NCBI GenBank assembly: GCA_964016885.1
Contig: OZ024748.1
Coordinates: forward strand, 1,302,001 to 1,366,000
Origin: Eledone cirrhosa
Taxonomy: Eukaryota
Reading direction: 5' to 3'
DNA length: 64,000 nt
In this document: in pieces, positions 1 to 12,470 of the stretch
How the letters are laid out: each line of letters opens with the position of its first letter
Position numbering within the stretch: position 1 is the stretch's first letter
Program-made: the position numbers and the translations under genes
The notes under the pieces: generated by a model
What the model saw: the letters and a program-made list of their open reading frames with translations, nothing else
Database searches by the model: none
What the model was told of the DNA's origin: nothing

Positions 1-3000
1 TCTCAGACGTTTTGAACTGTCTGACAGGTATCGACTGGATCACCCGAATGTGCCAATGTGGACATGGACAAACCGCATCGGGTCATCCAGATCGTATCTC
101 GATAGGGTATTCTGCAGAGAACTAGATAAGGCTAGTATAAGTTGTCCACAATTTAAAATAGTCGACTACACAGACCACAAATTTGTGATCTGTGAGATCG
201 ACATAGAGAGACTTCATAGACAAGGGCCTGGTTACTGGAAGCTGAACGCATCTTTCCTGACGCGCAAAGCCTACAGAGACTGGATTAGCGTATTAGTTAA
301 GCGGGCGTTGACGGGAGCGGTCGTCAACAACAGGTGGTGGTTCGCCCTGAAAAGGGCAATTAAAGTAGAGTCGATTAGGTTTAGCAAAGGAGTAGTGATA
401 GAGGAAAATAGAGTAGAGGGAGAGCTAGTCAGAAAGCTAGAAGAGGCGTTTAGGACAGGCATCGCAATCGACGTGCTTGCCGCAAGATTGGCACTCGACC
501 AATTCTTCAACGCAAAACACGAAGGCTTCGTTGTCAGAGCTAGAGCGCGTGCTCTGAAACACGAGGGGACAAAAGCCGTCCAATGGGCCCGGGTGGCAGA
601 AGCGCGACGTGGCAACAAAGCCACAATTCGGTCTTTGTCTGACCAAAACGGGTGCGTGATGCTCGAACCCGAGCGGATGTGAGAAGCTTTTCAGCAGCAC
701 TTTGCTGAACTGTTCGGGAGCGGCGGCGGCCCGGATCGGGGCATGGACTTCAGTGCATACCTCGACGGACTGCCTCGGCTCTCGATGACCGCAGCACAGT
801 GTTGCGAAAAGCCAATAACAGCCAGTGAAATACGGGAAGCGATGGCTAACTGCACAAGGGGTAAATCGCCAGGTTTGGATGGTCTGCCCTACGAGCATTA
901 TGCATTTATGCCAGACTTGTTCGGTGACCTCTTGCAGACGTCTACTGCAACTGGCAGCAGAACGGGAGCATTCCCAGTTTTGTGAGCCGGGGAGCAGTGG
1001 CACTGCTGAGAAAAGACCCGAACAAGGGGGATGTTATCGATAATTTCAGGCCCATAACCCTGCTAAACGCAGAGTTCAAGATTTTGGTCAAGGTGTTAGC
1101 AACGAGGTTGGCGCTTGTCGTCAAGGGTCTGGTGGGAGAGGCGCAGACATGCGCCATTCCGGACAGATCCATACACGACAAGCTCCACCTCATGCGATAC
1201 ATCATAGAGAGAGTGGTTAAGGAACCTGGCACGGGTGGGGCCCTGATCAACTTGGATCAATCCAAAGCATTCGATAGGATCGACCATCGGTACCTGGCGG
1301 CTGTCCTCGAGGCAACCGGTTTCGGGCCCGTTTTCAGGGGTTGGATCGCAGCAATGTACAGTGACATCTGCTCAGTTGTGAGGGTGAACTGTCACCTGTC
1401 GCAGCCGTTCAGCATCATGCGCTCAGTCCGCCAGAGTTGTCCCCTCTCGTCCCTCTTGTACGTATTGGCTCTCGAGCAGTTACTGCACAAACTGGGGCGA
1501 TGAGGGGCGTCCCACGTGAACTAGGATGCGGGAAATCCGAGTCGGCTTACGCCGACGACGTCACCTTGGTGGTGTCGAGCACCAGACACGTCCAGATGCT
1601 CGGCACCGCTCTCAAGGAATACGAAGCGGTGACAGGAGCAAAGATAAACCAGGAAAAGTCGGTGGGCTTGCAGCTCGGCTCCTGGAGAGGCAAGTCCATG
1701 CCGTCCGACAGCGTCGTGGGACGTTGGACGGACGGACCGGTTAAATTGCTCGGGGTCTGGTTCGGACCGGACCTCTAGATGTAGAAAAACTGGAACGAGG
1801 TGACGAGCAGGGTGGCCTCCCTCACCCAGAAATGGGCCGAGAGGAAGCTGTTCCTGAAAGGCCGGGCGGAGGTAGCGAATGCGTACATCGCATCCGTGAT
1901 CTGCTACCGCCTCACCGTCGTCCCTTGCTCCAGACAAACTCTCACCAAAATGGAGCGCCTCCTCTTCCGCTTTTTGTGGAAGGGACGCGCTCCCATGGTC
2001 AGACGATCCATCTGCTGTCAACACCCGTTGCGTGGAGGACTGGGCATGCCATTGCTGATGATGCGCAAACATGCGCTGAGGCTGCAACATCTCTGGTGCT
2101 TCCTTGACGGTGAACAGGTGTGGTCGCCGTTCGCCAGGCATGTTTTCCCACAGCTCGTCTCCTTGACGAAGCTGCAGTCCTGGGTCAAAAAAAGACCGAG
2201 GGATAGCGCTTGGAAACTGGAATGTCTCCAGGCGTTCACTGCCCTCTGCCAGCTGGGTACCAGTATCGGTGGAACATCCACCTCGGCGTTCTATAGAGGA
2301 CTAGTGGAGGAGAAGAGCTACGACATTCTCGGAGAGATCCTGGGCGTCGAAGAAGATCAGCAGTTTGCTCTCTTCCGGAGAACTTTCAGCCCAGGGCCTA
2401 TGGATAACTTCCAAAAATCCCTGGCCTGGCAGTGCTACCGGGGAGCGCTGCTGGTTCGAGATAAGTTCTACAGGCACGGAAGTGCCGTCAGCCGAGCCTG
2501 TCCGAGATGCGCGCAGAGCGACGAAACCGTCGTGCACGCACTCGTTCAGTGCCCGAGCATTGCTGACTTGTGGAGCTATGTCGAACAGTTGCTGTCGCGT
2601 GTAGGATTGATCCGGTTATCGACTGAGTCCATTTTGCATATGGTCTCGCCGTCTTCCTTCGAGGAGGAAGGGCAGGCGGATTTCATCTGCCTGGTGGCCA
2701 TGGCGAAAGAGATTGTGTGGTGGACAAGGTTAAAAGGGTTAAAGACAGACACTTTCCTCTTCGGCGAATCCCTAATTAACTTTTTCAAGTTTCACTTGAA
2801 GAGGAAAATCAGGGTGGAGAGGCAAGTGTTGCCTTCTAGCAAGTTTGTTGAAAGGTGGGTGAATGTAGCTAGAATGGTCCGAGTGAACGGGACCGCTCTG
2901 AATATACGTCTGTAGTTTGAGAAATGGAAAAATTGAGAGAGGGCACTTGCCCTGGTGGTCAGGGTGGCCGTGGTCTTTTGTGTGGTTTTCGCCACGGGTA

Positions 3001-3062
3001 ACCCTCGGAGGTTTCCCCCCTATTGGGGAATTTTTCATTGTTTCAATTTTCATTTTTATTGT
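1..3062 (+). mobile_element. L1/Tx1-clade LINE ORF2 relic (endonuclease tail, RT, C-terminal Zn finger, partial 3' UTR); disrupted
   Basis: ORF pieces 50-682, 743-985, 982-1503, 1437-1778, 1800-2915 carry SYLDRVF, TDHKFV, GPGYWKLN, GKSPGLDGLPYE, NFRPITLLNAEFKIL, LDQSKAFDRIDH, AYADDVT and CPRC..ETVVHALVQC; several stops/frameshifts; runs off the left edge. Confidence 0.93.
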
Positions 3063-3079
3063 TTATATATATATATATC

Positions 3080-3700
3080 TTTCTGTGCGAAAGAATGTCA
3101 TCTCGTTACTACCTCCCCATGAGACACGATGGGATAGCTAGAACCATCTGGAAAGCACTTCGGAAAACAAAATTAACAACAAACGAGGAAGAATATATTG
3201 AGACAGATGGCACTAAGGAATACTGGTGGAACCTGAAAATAAAAACTGCCACCAAATTAAAGCACAACCGGCCTGATATTGTAGTTTGGGACCCCACATT
3301 GAAAACGTGTTCTGTTGAGATCAGCTGCCCACTTTATGTAAACGTTGTCAGAAAAATACAGGAGAAGGAGGACATCTACGGACCATTGATGAGGAGTTTG
3401 CAAATCCAGTATCCAAGATACACCTTTAGCTTCATACCCATCATTATTGGAGCTACGGGTTATATACCAACCCGTTTGGACCAAAGTATGACTGAACTTG
3501 GATTTGCGGACAAAGAGCGCAGCTCCCTAATTCATAGTCTACAAATGGCTGCGATAGCTGGCACCTTCAAAATTTGCAAAACATTCTTGCGATTCAAGGG
3601 ATGACAATTTCTTTTCTTTTACAACCTTGACACCAGGAAGGTGGCCGGTCAAAAAAATATACTCGAAATTAAGAGAAAGAGATAACATACATACATACAT
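3080..3700 (+). mobile_element. 3' fragment of an RLE-type non-LTR retrotransposon, copy 1
   Basis: RHD, NRPDIVVWD, EISCP, K..Y motifs of the restriction-like endonuclease; stop at 3604; short 3' UTR ending in (ACAT)n. Confidence 0.85.
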
Positions 3701-3861
3701 ATATGCTTGCAATAAATAGCTGTTTATCTGTTTTACTTAAGTAGCTGCAGGTGATATATACTGCTGATAAGTACAGCAGTTATCTACCTTGATAACACCT
3801 GTGACATGATCTTCGTTATGTTTGATAACTACAGAATCTACATCCACAATGAGATAAAGCC

Positions 3862-5036
3862 GGTCAACTTGACACATTGCTACAGAGCATACTTGTCAAC
3901 TTGGCCTATTGCTACAGAACATACTTGTCACCCTGGCACATTGCTACAGAATATACTTGTCACCTTGGCACATTGCTACAGAACATACTTGTCACCTTGG
4001 CACATTGCTACTGAATATACTTGTCACCCTGGCACATTGCTACAGAATATACTTGTCACCTTGGCACATTGCTACAGAACATACTTGTCACCTTGGCACA
4101 TTGCTACAGAACATACTTGTCACCCTGGCACATTGCTACAGAACATACTTGTCACCTTGGCACATTGCTACAGAAGCTACGAGTCACCTTGGCACATGGC
4201 TACAGAAGCTACTTGTCAACTTGGCACATTGCTATAGAAGCTACTAGTCACATTGGTACATTGCTATAGAACATACTTGTCAACTAGGCACATTGCTACA
4301 GAAGCTACTAGTCAACTTAGCACATTACTACAGAAGCTACTAGTCACCTTGGCACATTGTTGCAGAAGCTATTATTCACCTTGGTACATTGCTACAGAAG
4401 CTGTTAGTCAATTTGGCACATTGCTACAGAAGCTATTAGCCACCTTGGTATATTGCTACAGAAGCTACTAGTCACATTGGCACATTGCTATAGAACATAC
4501 TTGTCAACTTGGCACATTTCTACAGAAGCTACAAGTCAACTTGGCACATTGCTACAGAAGCTACTAGTCAACTTAGCACATTACTACAGAAGCTACTAGT
4601 CACCTTGGTACATTGCTACAGAAGCTATTAGTCACCTTGGTACATTGCTACAGAAGCTATTTGTCAACTTGGCACATTGCTACAGAAGCTACTAGTCACC
4701 TTGGCACATTGCTACAGACGCTACTAGTCACCTTGGCACATTGCTACAGAAGCTATTAGTCATCTTGGCACATTGCTACAGAAGCTATTAGCCACCTTGG
4801 TACATTGCTACAGAAGCTACTAGTCACGATTGGCACATTGCTACAGAAGCTATTAGTCATCTTGGAACATTGCTACAGAAGCTACTAGTCACCTTGGCAC
4901 ATTGCTACAGAAGCTACTAGTCACCTTGGCATATTGCTACAGAAGCTACTAGTCACCTTGGCACATTGCTACAGAAGCTATTAGTCAACTTTGCACATTG
5001 CTACAGAAGCTATTAGCCACCTTGGTACATTGCTAC
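3862..5036. repeat. 32-bp minisatellite, array 1 (~36 units)
   Basis: unit CTTGGCACATTGCTACAGAA(CATACTT/GCTACTA)GTCAC; period 32 read directly (CACC at 3961 and 3993). Confidence 0.97.
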
Positions 5037-6478
5037 CGGGGAGCGCTGCTTGTTCGAGATAAGTTCTACAGGCACGGAAGTGCCGTCAGCCGAGCCTGTC
5101 CGAGATGCGCGCAGATCGACGAAACCGTCGTGCACGCACTCGTTCAGTGCCCGAGCATTGCTGACTTGTGGAGCTATGTCGAACAGTTGCTGTCGCGTGT
5201 AGGATTGATCCGGTTATCGACTGAGTCCATTTTGCATATGGTCTCGCCGTCTTCCTTCGAGGAGGAAGGGCAGGCGGTTTTCATCTGCCTGGTGGCCATG
5301 GCGAAAGAGATTGTGTGGTGGACAAGGTTAAAAGGGTTAAAGACAGACACTTTCCTCTTCGGCGAATCCCTAATTAACTTTTTCAAGTTTCACTTGAAGA
5401 TGAAAATCAGGGTGGAGAGGCAAGTGTTGCCTTCTAGCAAGTTTGTTGAAAGGTGGGTGAATGTAGCTAGAATGGTCCGAGTGAATATACGTCTGTAGAG
5501 TGAATATACGTCTGAATATACGTCTGTAGTTTGAGAAATGGAAAAATTGAGAGAGGGCACTTGCCCTGGTGGTCAGGGTGGCCGTGGTCTTTTGTGTGGT
5601 TTTCGCCACGGGTAACCCTCGGAGGTTTCCCCCCTATTGGGGAATTTTTCATTGTTTCAATTTTCATTTTTATTGTTTATATATATATATATCTTTCTGT
5701 GCGAAAGAATGTCATCTCGTTACTACCTCCCCATGAGACACGATGGGATAGCTAGAACCATCTGGAAAGCACTTCGGAAAACAAAATTAACAACAAACGA
5801 GGAAGAATATATTGAGACAGATGGCACTAAGGAATACTGGTGGAACCTGAAAATAAAAACTGCCACCAAATTAAAGCACAACCGGCCTGATATTGTTGTT
5901 TGGGACCACACATTGAAAACGTGTTCTGTTGTGGAGATCAGCTGCCCACTTTATGTAAACGTTGTCAGAAAAATACAGGAGAAGGAGGACATCTACGGAC
6001 CATTGATGAGGAGTTTGCAAATCCAGTATTCAAGATACACCTTTAGCTTCATACCCATCATTATTGGAGCTACGGGTTATATACCAACCCGTTTGGACCA
6101 AAGTATGACTGAACTTGGATTTGCGGACAAAGAGTGCAGCTCCCTAATTCATAGTCTACAAATGGCTGCGATAGCTGGCACCTTCAAAATTTGCAAAACA
6201 TTCTTGCGATTCAAGGGATGACAATTTCTTTTCTTTTACAACCTTGCCACCAGGAAGGTGGCCGGTCAAAAAAATATACTCGAAATTAAGAGAAAGAGAT
6301 AACATACATACATACATATATGCTTGCAATAAATAGCTGTTTATCTGTTTTACTTAAGTAGCTGCAGGTGATATATACTGCTGATAAGTACAGCAGTTAT
6401 CTACCTTGATAACACCTGTGACATGATCTTCGTTATGTGTGATAACTACAGAATCTACATCCACAATGAGATAAAGCC
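5031..6478 (+). repeat. Tandem duplicate of 2433-3861 (Tx1 3' end, RLE fragment copy 2, spacer)
   Basis: near-identical sequence; ORFs 4998-5498 and 5637-6221 repeat the end of 1800-2915 and 3023-3604. Confidence 0.97.
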
Positions 6479-8471
6479 GGTCACCTTGACACATTGCTAC
6501 AGAGCATACTTGTCAACTTGGCCTATTGCTACAGAACATACTTGTCACCCTGGCACATTGCTACAGAATATACTTGTCACCTTGGCACATTGCTACAGAA
6601 CATACTTGTCAACTTGGCACATTGCTACAGAATAAACTTGTCACCCTGGCACATTGCTACAGAATATACTTGTCACCTTGGCCTATTGCTACAGAACATA
6701 CTTGTCAACTTGGCACATTGCTACAGAACATACTTGTCAACTTGGCCTATTACTACAGAACATACTTGTCAACTTGGCCTATTGCTACAGAACATACTTG
6801 TCACCTTGGCACATTGCTACAGAACATACTTGTCACCCTGGCACATTGCTACAGAACATACTTGTCACCCTGGCACATTGCTACAGAATATACTTGTCAC
6901 CTTGGTACATTGCTACAGAGCATACTTGTCAACTTGGCACATTGCTACAGAACATACTTGTCACCTTGGCACATTGCTACAGAACATACTTGTCACCTTG
7001 GCACATTGCTACAGAACATACTTGTCACCCTGGCACATTGCTACAGAATATACTTGTCACCTTGGCATATTGCTACAGAACATACTTTTCACCTTGGCAC
7101 ATTGCTACAGAAGCTACGAGTCACCTTGGCACATGGCTACAGAAGCTACTTGTCAACTTGGCACATTGCTACAGAAGCTACTAATCACATTGGCACATTG
7201 CTATAGAACATACTTGTCAACTTGGCACATTGCTACAGAAGCTACAAGTCAACTTGGCACATTGCTACAGAAGCTACTAGTCAACTTAGCACATTACTAC
7301 AGAAGCTACTAGTCACCTTGGCACATTGCTACAGAAGCTATTATTCACCTTGGTACATTGCTACAGAAGCTATTAGTCAATTTGGCACATTGCTACAGAA
7401 GCTACTAGTCACCTTGGCACATTGCTACAGAAGCTACTAGTCACCTTGACACATTGCTACAGAAGCTATTAGTCAACTTGGCACATTGCTACAGAAGCTA
7501 TTAGCCACCTTGGTACATTGCTACAGAAGCTACTAGTCACATTGGCACATTGCTATAGAACATACTTGTCAACTTGGCACATTTCTACAGAAGCTATAAG
7601 TCAACTTGGCACATTGCTACAGAAGCTATAAGTCAACTTGGCACATTGCTACAGAAGCTACTAGTCAACTTAGCACATTACTACAGAAGCTACTAGTCAC
7701 CTTGGTACATTGCTACAGAAGCTATTAGTCACCTTGGTACATTGCTACAGAAGCTATTAGTCAACTTGGCACATTGCTACAGAAGCTACTAGTCACCTTG
7801 GCACATTGCTACAGACGCTACTAGTCACCTTGGCACATTGCTACAGAAGCTATTAGTCATCTTGGCACATTGCTACAGAAGCTATTAGCCACCTTGGTAC
7901 ATTGCTGCAGAAGCTACTAGTCACCATTGGCACATTGCTACAGAAGCTATTACTCATCTTGGAACATTGCTACATAAGCTACTAGTCACCTTGGCACGTT
8001 GCTACAGAAGCTACTAGTCACCTTGGCACATTGCTACAGAAGCTACTAGTCACCTTGGCACATTGCTACAGAAGCTATTAGTCAACTTGGCACATTGCTA
8101 CAGAAGCTATTAGCCACATTGGTACATTGCTACAGAAGCTACTAGTCACCTTGGCACATTGCTACAGAAGCTATTAGTCAACTTGGCACATTGCTACAGA
8201 AGCTATTTGTCAACTTGGCACATTGCTACAGAAGCTACTAGTCACCTTGGCACATTGCTACAGAAGCTATTAGTCAACTTGGCACATTGCTACAGAAGCT
8301 ATTAGTCAACTTGGCACATTGCTATAGAAGCTACTAGTCAACTTGGCACATTGCTACAGAAGCTACTAGTCACCTTGGCACATTGCTAGAGAAGCTACTA
8401 GTCACCTTGGCACATTGCTACAGAAGCTACTAGTCAACTTGGCACATTGCTACAGAAGCTACTAGTCACCT
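6479..8471. repeat. 32-bp minisatellite, array 2 (~62 units)
   Basis: same unit and same order of unit variants as array 1, but longer. Confidence 0.97.
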
Positions 8472-8792
8472 TCCTCTGTATCTCTTTCTCACTTGTATTT
8501 TCTCATTCTCTCTCCTTCTCTGGAACAAATCTGCTATATTCAGACCTGATGAAGAAATGTGCTCCTTCAGGTCTAACAAAATGCGTTAGAAACGCCGTAT
8601 GTCAATACGGTGCTCCTACAAATCTCTAAGGAGTTATGGAACCATACATTAACCCATTCCCTACCGCATTACTAATGAAAGGCACGGCCTGTGGTTTTCA
8701 AATAATTCTAGAAAATAATCACGAATGTCATGATATTTAGTAATATATATAAGCTTCTCGTTATTAAGTTGGTGTTTAGAACAACAAAAGAC

Positions 8793-9100
8793 CTTCTTCT
8801 TCTTCTTCTTCTTCTTCTTCTTCTTCTTCTTCTTCGCCCACTTAGTCCTGGGAGGGTCGTGAGGGAAGAGTCCTCAAACACTCGCTCTGGCAGGTCCTGT
8901 CAGAAGCAACCGTCTCCAATTTATCCAGCTGGGTCCACAAGCAAGACCAGCCAGGCTCATAGATGTTATCCATCTTGCTCGGATTCTACCTCTGGATCTT
9001 CTGCCTATTGGTTTTGCCCGTAAAATCTGTCCAGTGATTCTTTCCTGAGACATTCTAACCTCATGTCCATAGTATCAGAGCTGTGATCTCTCAACCCTAT
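8793..9100 (-). mobile_element. RTE-clade LINE 3' end with (AAG)n tail
   Basis: minus-strand translation RMSQERITGQILRAKPIGRRSRGRIRARW resembles the RTE C-terminal motif; (CTT)n at 8793-8834. Confidence 0.65.
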
Positions 9101-9174
9101 CCCTATATATTTAAATATATATAGAGAGAGAGTGGGTGGAAGAGAGAGATATTTGAAAGACAAGAACAAAGAGA

Positions 9175-9846
9175 TAAGGTGTGTATGTGTGTGTTTGTGT
9201 CTGTGTGTATGTCTATATATAAGTGTTAGTGTGTGTGTGTGTGTGTGTACGTGTGTGTGCGTGTACGTGTGTGTGTGCGTGTACGTGTGTGTGTGTGCGT
9301 GTACGTGTGTGTGTGCGTGTACGTGTGTGTGTGCGTGTACGTGTGTGTGTGCGTGTATGTACTTGAGTTTAAACAGCACAATTTTAAGTAGTTTGACAAA
9401 TATTCGTCCAACACACATTTATAAGAGTATACATATACATATAGATGTATACTTACATACATACATGCATACATACGTACGTACGTACGTACGTACGTAC
9501 GTACGTACATACATACATACATACATACATACATACATACATACATACATACATACGTAGGTATACATACATAAATAGATATACATACATACATACATAC
9601 ATACATACATACATACATACATACATACATACATACATACACACATAAATAGATATACATACATACATATATATATATACATTCATACATACGTACATAT
9701 GTACATACATACATACATAGATACACATACATACATACATAGATATACATACATAGACATACATACATACATACATACATACATACATACATACATACAT
9801 ACATACATACATACATACATACATACATACATACATACATACATAC
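9175..9846. repeat. compound microsatellite (GT)n/(ACGT)n/(ACAT)n
   Basis: direct reading. Confidence 0.97.
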
Positions 9847-10043
9847 GAAATACTTGTACGCAAGTAAGACAATCGGGTGCTAATGCATGCGTACACACAC
9901 AGCTCTCGTCCCACACCGTCGTTGACCAGCTGTCGAAGTAGTTCGGCTAGAAACCCAGCCACCTGTATAGTTTTATTACTTATGTGTTCCCTCGTTGAAG
10001 TTATTATCAAGCAATATTATAAATAGTTATAATTACTTCGAAC

Positions 10044-10229
10044 ATGTTGTATTGGAAATATTACCTGAAAGCTACCGTTTGGCTCTGCCTAATCAGTATA
10101 GCGTTCTCTGGTGATCCTGAAGCTTGGTTGCTTAGCTATGGTACAAATCTTATTAATATGACTAATGAAAATGTAGAAGCGGATTGGAAGTTCCAGGTTG
10201 ATATGACTCCAGAAAAACAGCAAGCTAAG
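10044..10229 (+). CDS. ACE: ACE-like (peptidase M2) first coding exon, variant A: signal peptide + N-terminal lid helix, 62 aa
   Basis: MLYWKYYLKATVWLCLISIAFSGDPEAWLLSYGTNLINMTNENVEADWKFQVDMTPEKQQAK; hydrophobic leader; aligns without gaps to recalled human ACE2 1-62 (L29, A46, W48, T55, E57, Q60 identical; W/F28, Y/F32, F/Y50 similar); phase-0 donor AAG|GTAGGA. Confidence 0.78.
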
Positions 10230-10245
10230 GTAGGAAGAAATAATA

Positions 10246-10672
10246 ATTGTTTCTACTTTAGGCACAAAGCCAGCAATTTTTTTTTTTGGGGGGGGGGGGG
10301 TCGATTAAATCGACTCAGTGCATTACTGGTACTTTATTTTATCGACCCCGTAACGATTAAAAGCAAAGTTAACCTCGGCGGGATTTGAACTCAGAACGTA
10401 AATACTGCTACGCATTCGTCCGATGCCCTAACGATTCTGCCATTCCAGCCCCTAATAATGGTTTCTTATATAGGCACAAGGCCAGCAATTTTGGGGGAGA
10501 GGAAAGTCGGTTAACTCGACCCCAGTGCATTACTGGTACTTTATTTTATCGACCCCCGTAACGATGAAAGGCAAAGTTAACCTTGGCGGAATTTGAACTT
10601 AGAACGTTAAGGGCCGAAACTATGTGCTACAAAGTATGTTGTCCGTTCTACCGATTCTGCCAATCCACCGCC
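10246..10672 (-). mobile_element. two adjacent tRNA-derived SINEs (family 1)
   Basis: reverse complement has A-box TGGCAGAATCG(G/T) and B-box (G/A)AGTTCAAAT, then the family core TTTGC(C)TTT(C/A)ATCGTTACGGGGTCGATAAAATAAAGTACCAG. Confidence 0.85.
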
Positions 10673-10711
10673 CATAATAATAATAATAAAAATAATAACA
10701 ATAATAATAAT

Positions 10712-11222
10712 GATTTCATTTATTAGCCACAAGGGCCGACATGTAGGGGACAATACAAAGACAGGGACAGTGGGGGTTTACAATAAGGTCGAGTAAAAGT
10801 GCACAATGGCAAGACTAATTTAACAATGAAAATATAAAAATATAAAATAAACTATGCAAAATATAACAAAATAAATTCCCCGATAGGGGGTGGACGACCC
10901 TGGGGTGATTCGGGTACCCCACCAATCCTGAACCACCCTGCGCTTCTAGGGCACCCAGTAGAGCACCCCTCTCCTCAAGTTAGCCAGCCTATAGGTGCAT
11001 GGTCAGAGTAGGCCCATTCACACGAGTCATTCTCGCCACATTCACCCACCTTTTAGCAAATGTACGGGGGGGGCAGCACTTCTCTCTCCACCCTCACCCT
11101 CCTTTCCAGGTGAAACTTGAAGAAGTTGATGAGGGATTGGCCGAAGAGAAAAGTGTCTGTCTTTAGTCCTTTCAACCTGGTCCACCATATAATCTCTTTC
11201 GCAACTGCCACCAGACAGAGGA
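10712..11222 (-). mobile_element. 5'-truncated Tx1 LINE 3' end inserted in (AAT)n
   Basis: minus translation LCLVAVAKEIIWWTRLKGLKTDTFLFGQSLINFFKFHL..VNVARMTRVNGP matches the end of ORF 1800-2915; terminus TGGCTAATAAA shared with the copy at 33011. Confidence 0.88.
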
Positions 11223-11236
11223 AATAATAATGATAA

Positions 11237-11540
11237 TAGTTTCTGATTTAGGCACAAGGGCAACAATGTATGGGAGAGGGGGGAGAAGAAAGTTGGTTAC
11301 ATCGACCCCAGTATGTGACAGGTATTTTATTGACTCTGGAAGTATGAAAGGCAAAGTTGACCTCGGTGGAATTTGAACTCAGAACGTAAAACGTCATCAC
11401 TAATATAGTGATGACAAAAATGTTCTGGTGGCTAGAGATTGGATGATTAAATGGACCCAATAGTTAGATAGTATTTTCTTTTGTCGACCCTGAAAGAATA
11501 AAATACCAGGTAGACTGCGGTGGATTTGAACTAAGGACCT
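11237..11540 (-). mobile_element. SINE family 1 copies (one partial, one degraded)
   Basis: GGCACAAGG..TCGACCCCAGT..GAAAGGCAAAGTTGACCTCGGTGGAATTTGAACTCAGAAC. Confidence 0.75.
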
Positions 11541-11807
11541 TTACTACATCGTTTCTGACATAGGTACATGAGGAGGAAGGTTTTACTCCAGAGATGAGGG
11601 ACCTGCGGCCTTCTATGCATTTTGCGCGGCCTTTTGAAAGAATCAAACATTTCCAAAAAATTTTTAATTTTCAATTTTCATTAATATGTTTTTGCCTATC
11701 TATTATTTTGATTTAAATCATAAGATGAACCAAAGAGTAATAAAAAAACACTTCATTGAAATAATCCACACTGACTGACAGCCAGAATTTTTAAAATTAG
11801 TAGATCA

Positions 11808-12020
11808 CTAGCAGAATGGCCCGGCGTTGCTCGGAGAGATCGCTAAATCACCTAATGCGGTCCCTAAGGCTTTGAAAATTTGAAATATGTTTTGCTCAAA
11901 ACACTCACAGGACCATAAGTATTACATGTGTAAAGTTTGAAAAGAATCGGTTGGGTGGTTCTCGAGTTTTAGTGATCGGACATATAGACAGACAGACATT
12001 CTCTGTTTTAGATATATAGA
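11808..12020 (-). mobile_element. non-autonomous Helitron-like element
   Basis: minus strand A|TCTATATATC...CCGAGCAACGCCGGG hairpin...CTAG|T; internal (GTCT)n. Confidence 0.8.
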
Positions 12021-12142
12021 TAAGGCCATTTCTGCACATTTTGCACTCATGGTTTTGTTCTAATGCGATTCTAGACCGTACATTAAATTCCCAATTGACT
12101 TCGTTTTTTTTTTCCAGATAATTAGTACATAGTAATTGTGAA

Positions 12143-12470
12143 AACGCATGGTTTAGTAGTTAGAACATCGGGCTTACAATCGTGAGGTTCTGGGTTCGAT
12201 TCTCAGACTGGGCTTTGCATTATGTTCTTGAGCAAGACACTTGATTTCATATTGCTCCAGTTTTCTCAGCTGTAAAAATGAGTTGCGATGTCACTGGTGT
12301 CAAGCTGCATCAGCCATTGCCTCTCCCTTGGACAACATCGGTGGCGTGCAGAGGGGGAGGCTGGTATGCATGGCTGACTGCTGGTCTTCCTCAAACAACT
12401 TTGCCTGAACTTTTCCCTCTGAAGGGAACTTTCTAGGTGCAAATCCCATGGTCATTCGTGGCAAAAGGGT
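12143..12470 (+). mobile_element. tRNA-derived SINE (family 2)
   Basis: A-box-like TGGTTTAGTAGTTAG, B-box GGTTCGATTC, then TTCTTGAGCAAGACACTT core; related copies at 17240-17485, 35820-36100, 46283-46350, 47145-47390. Confidence 0.8.

Noticed and set aside
3806-8471. Cys/His-rich repetitive proteins
   Set aside because: Translations of the 32-bp minisatellite, open in several frames.
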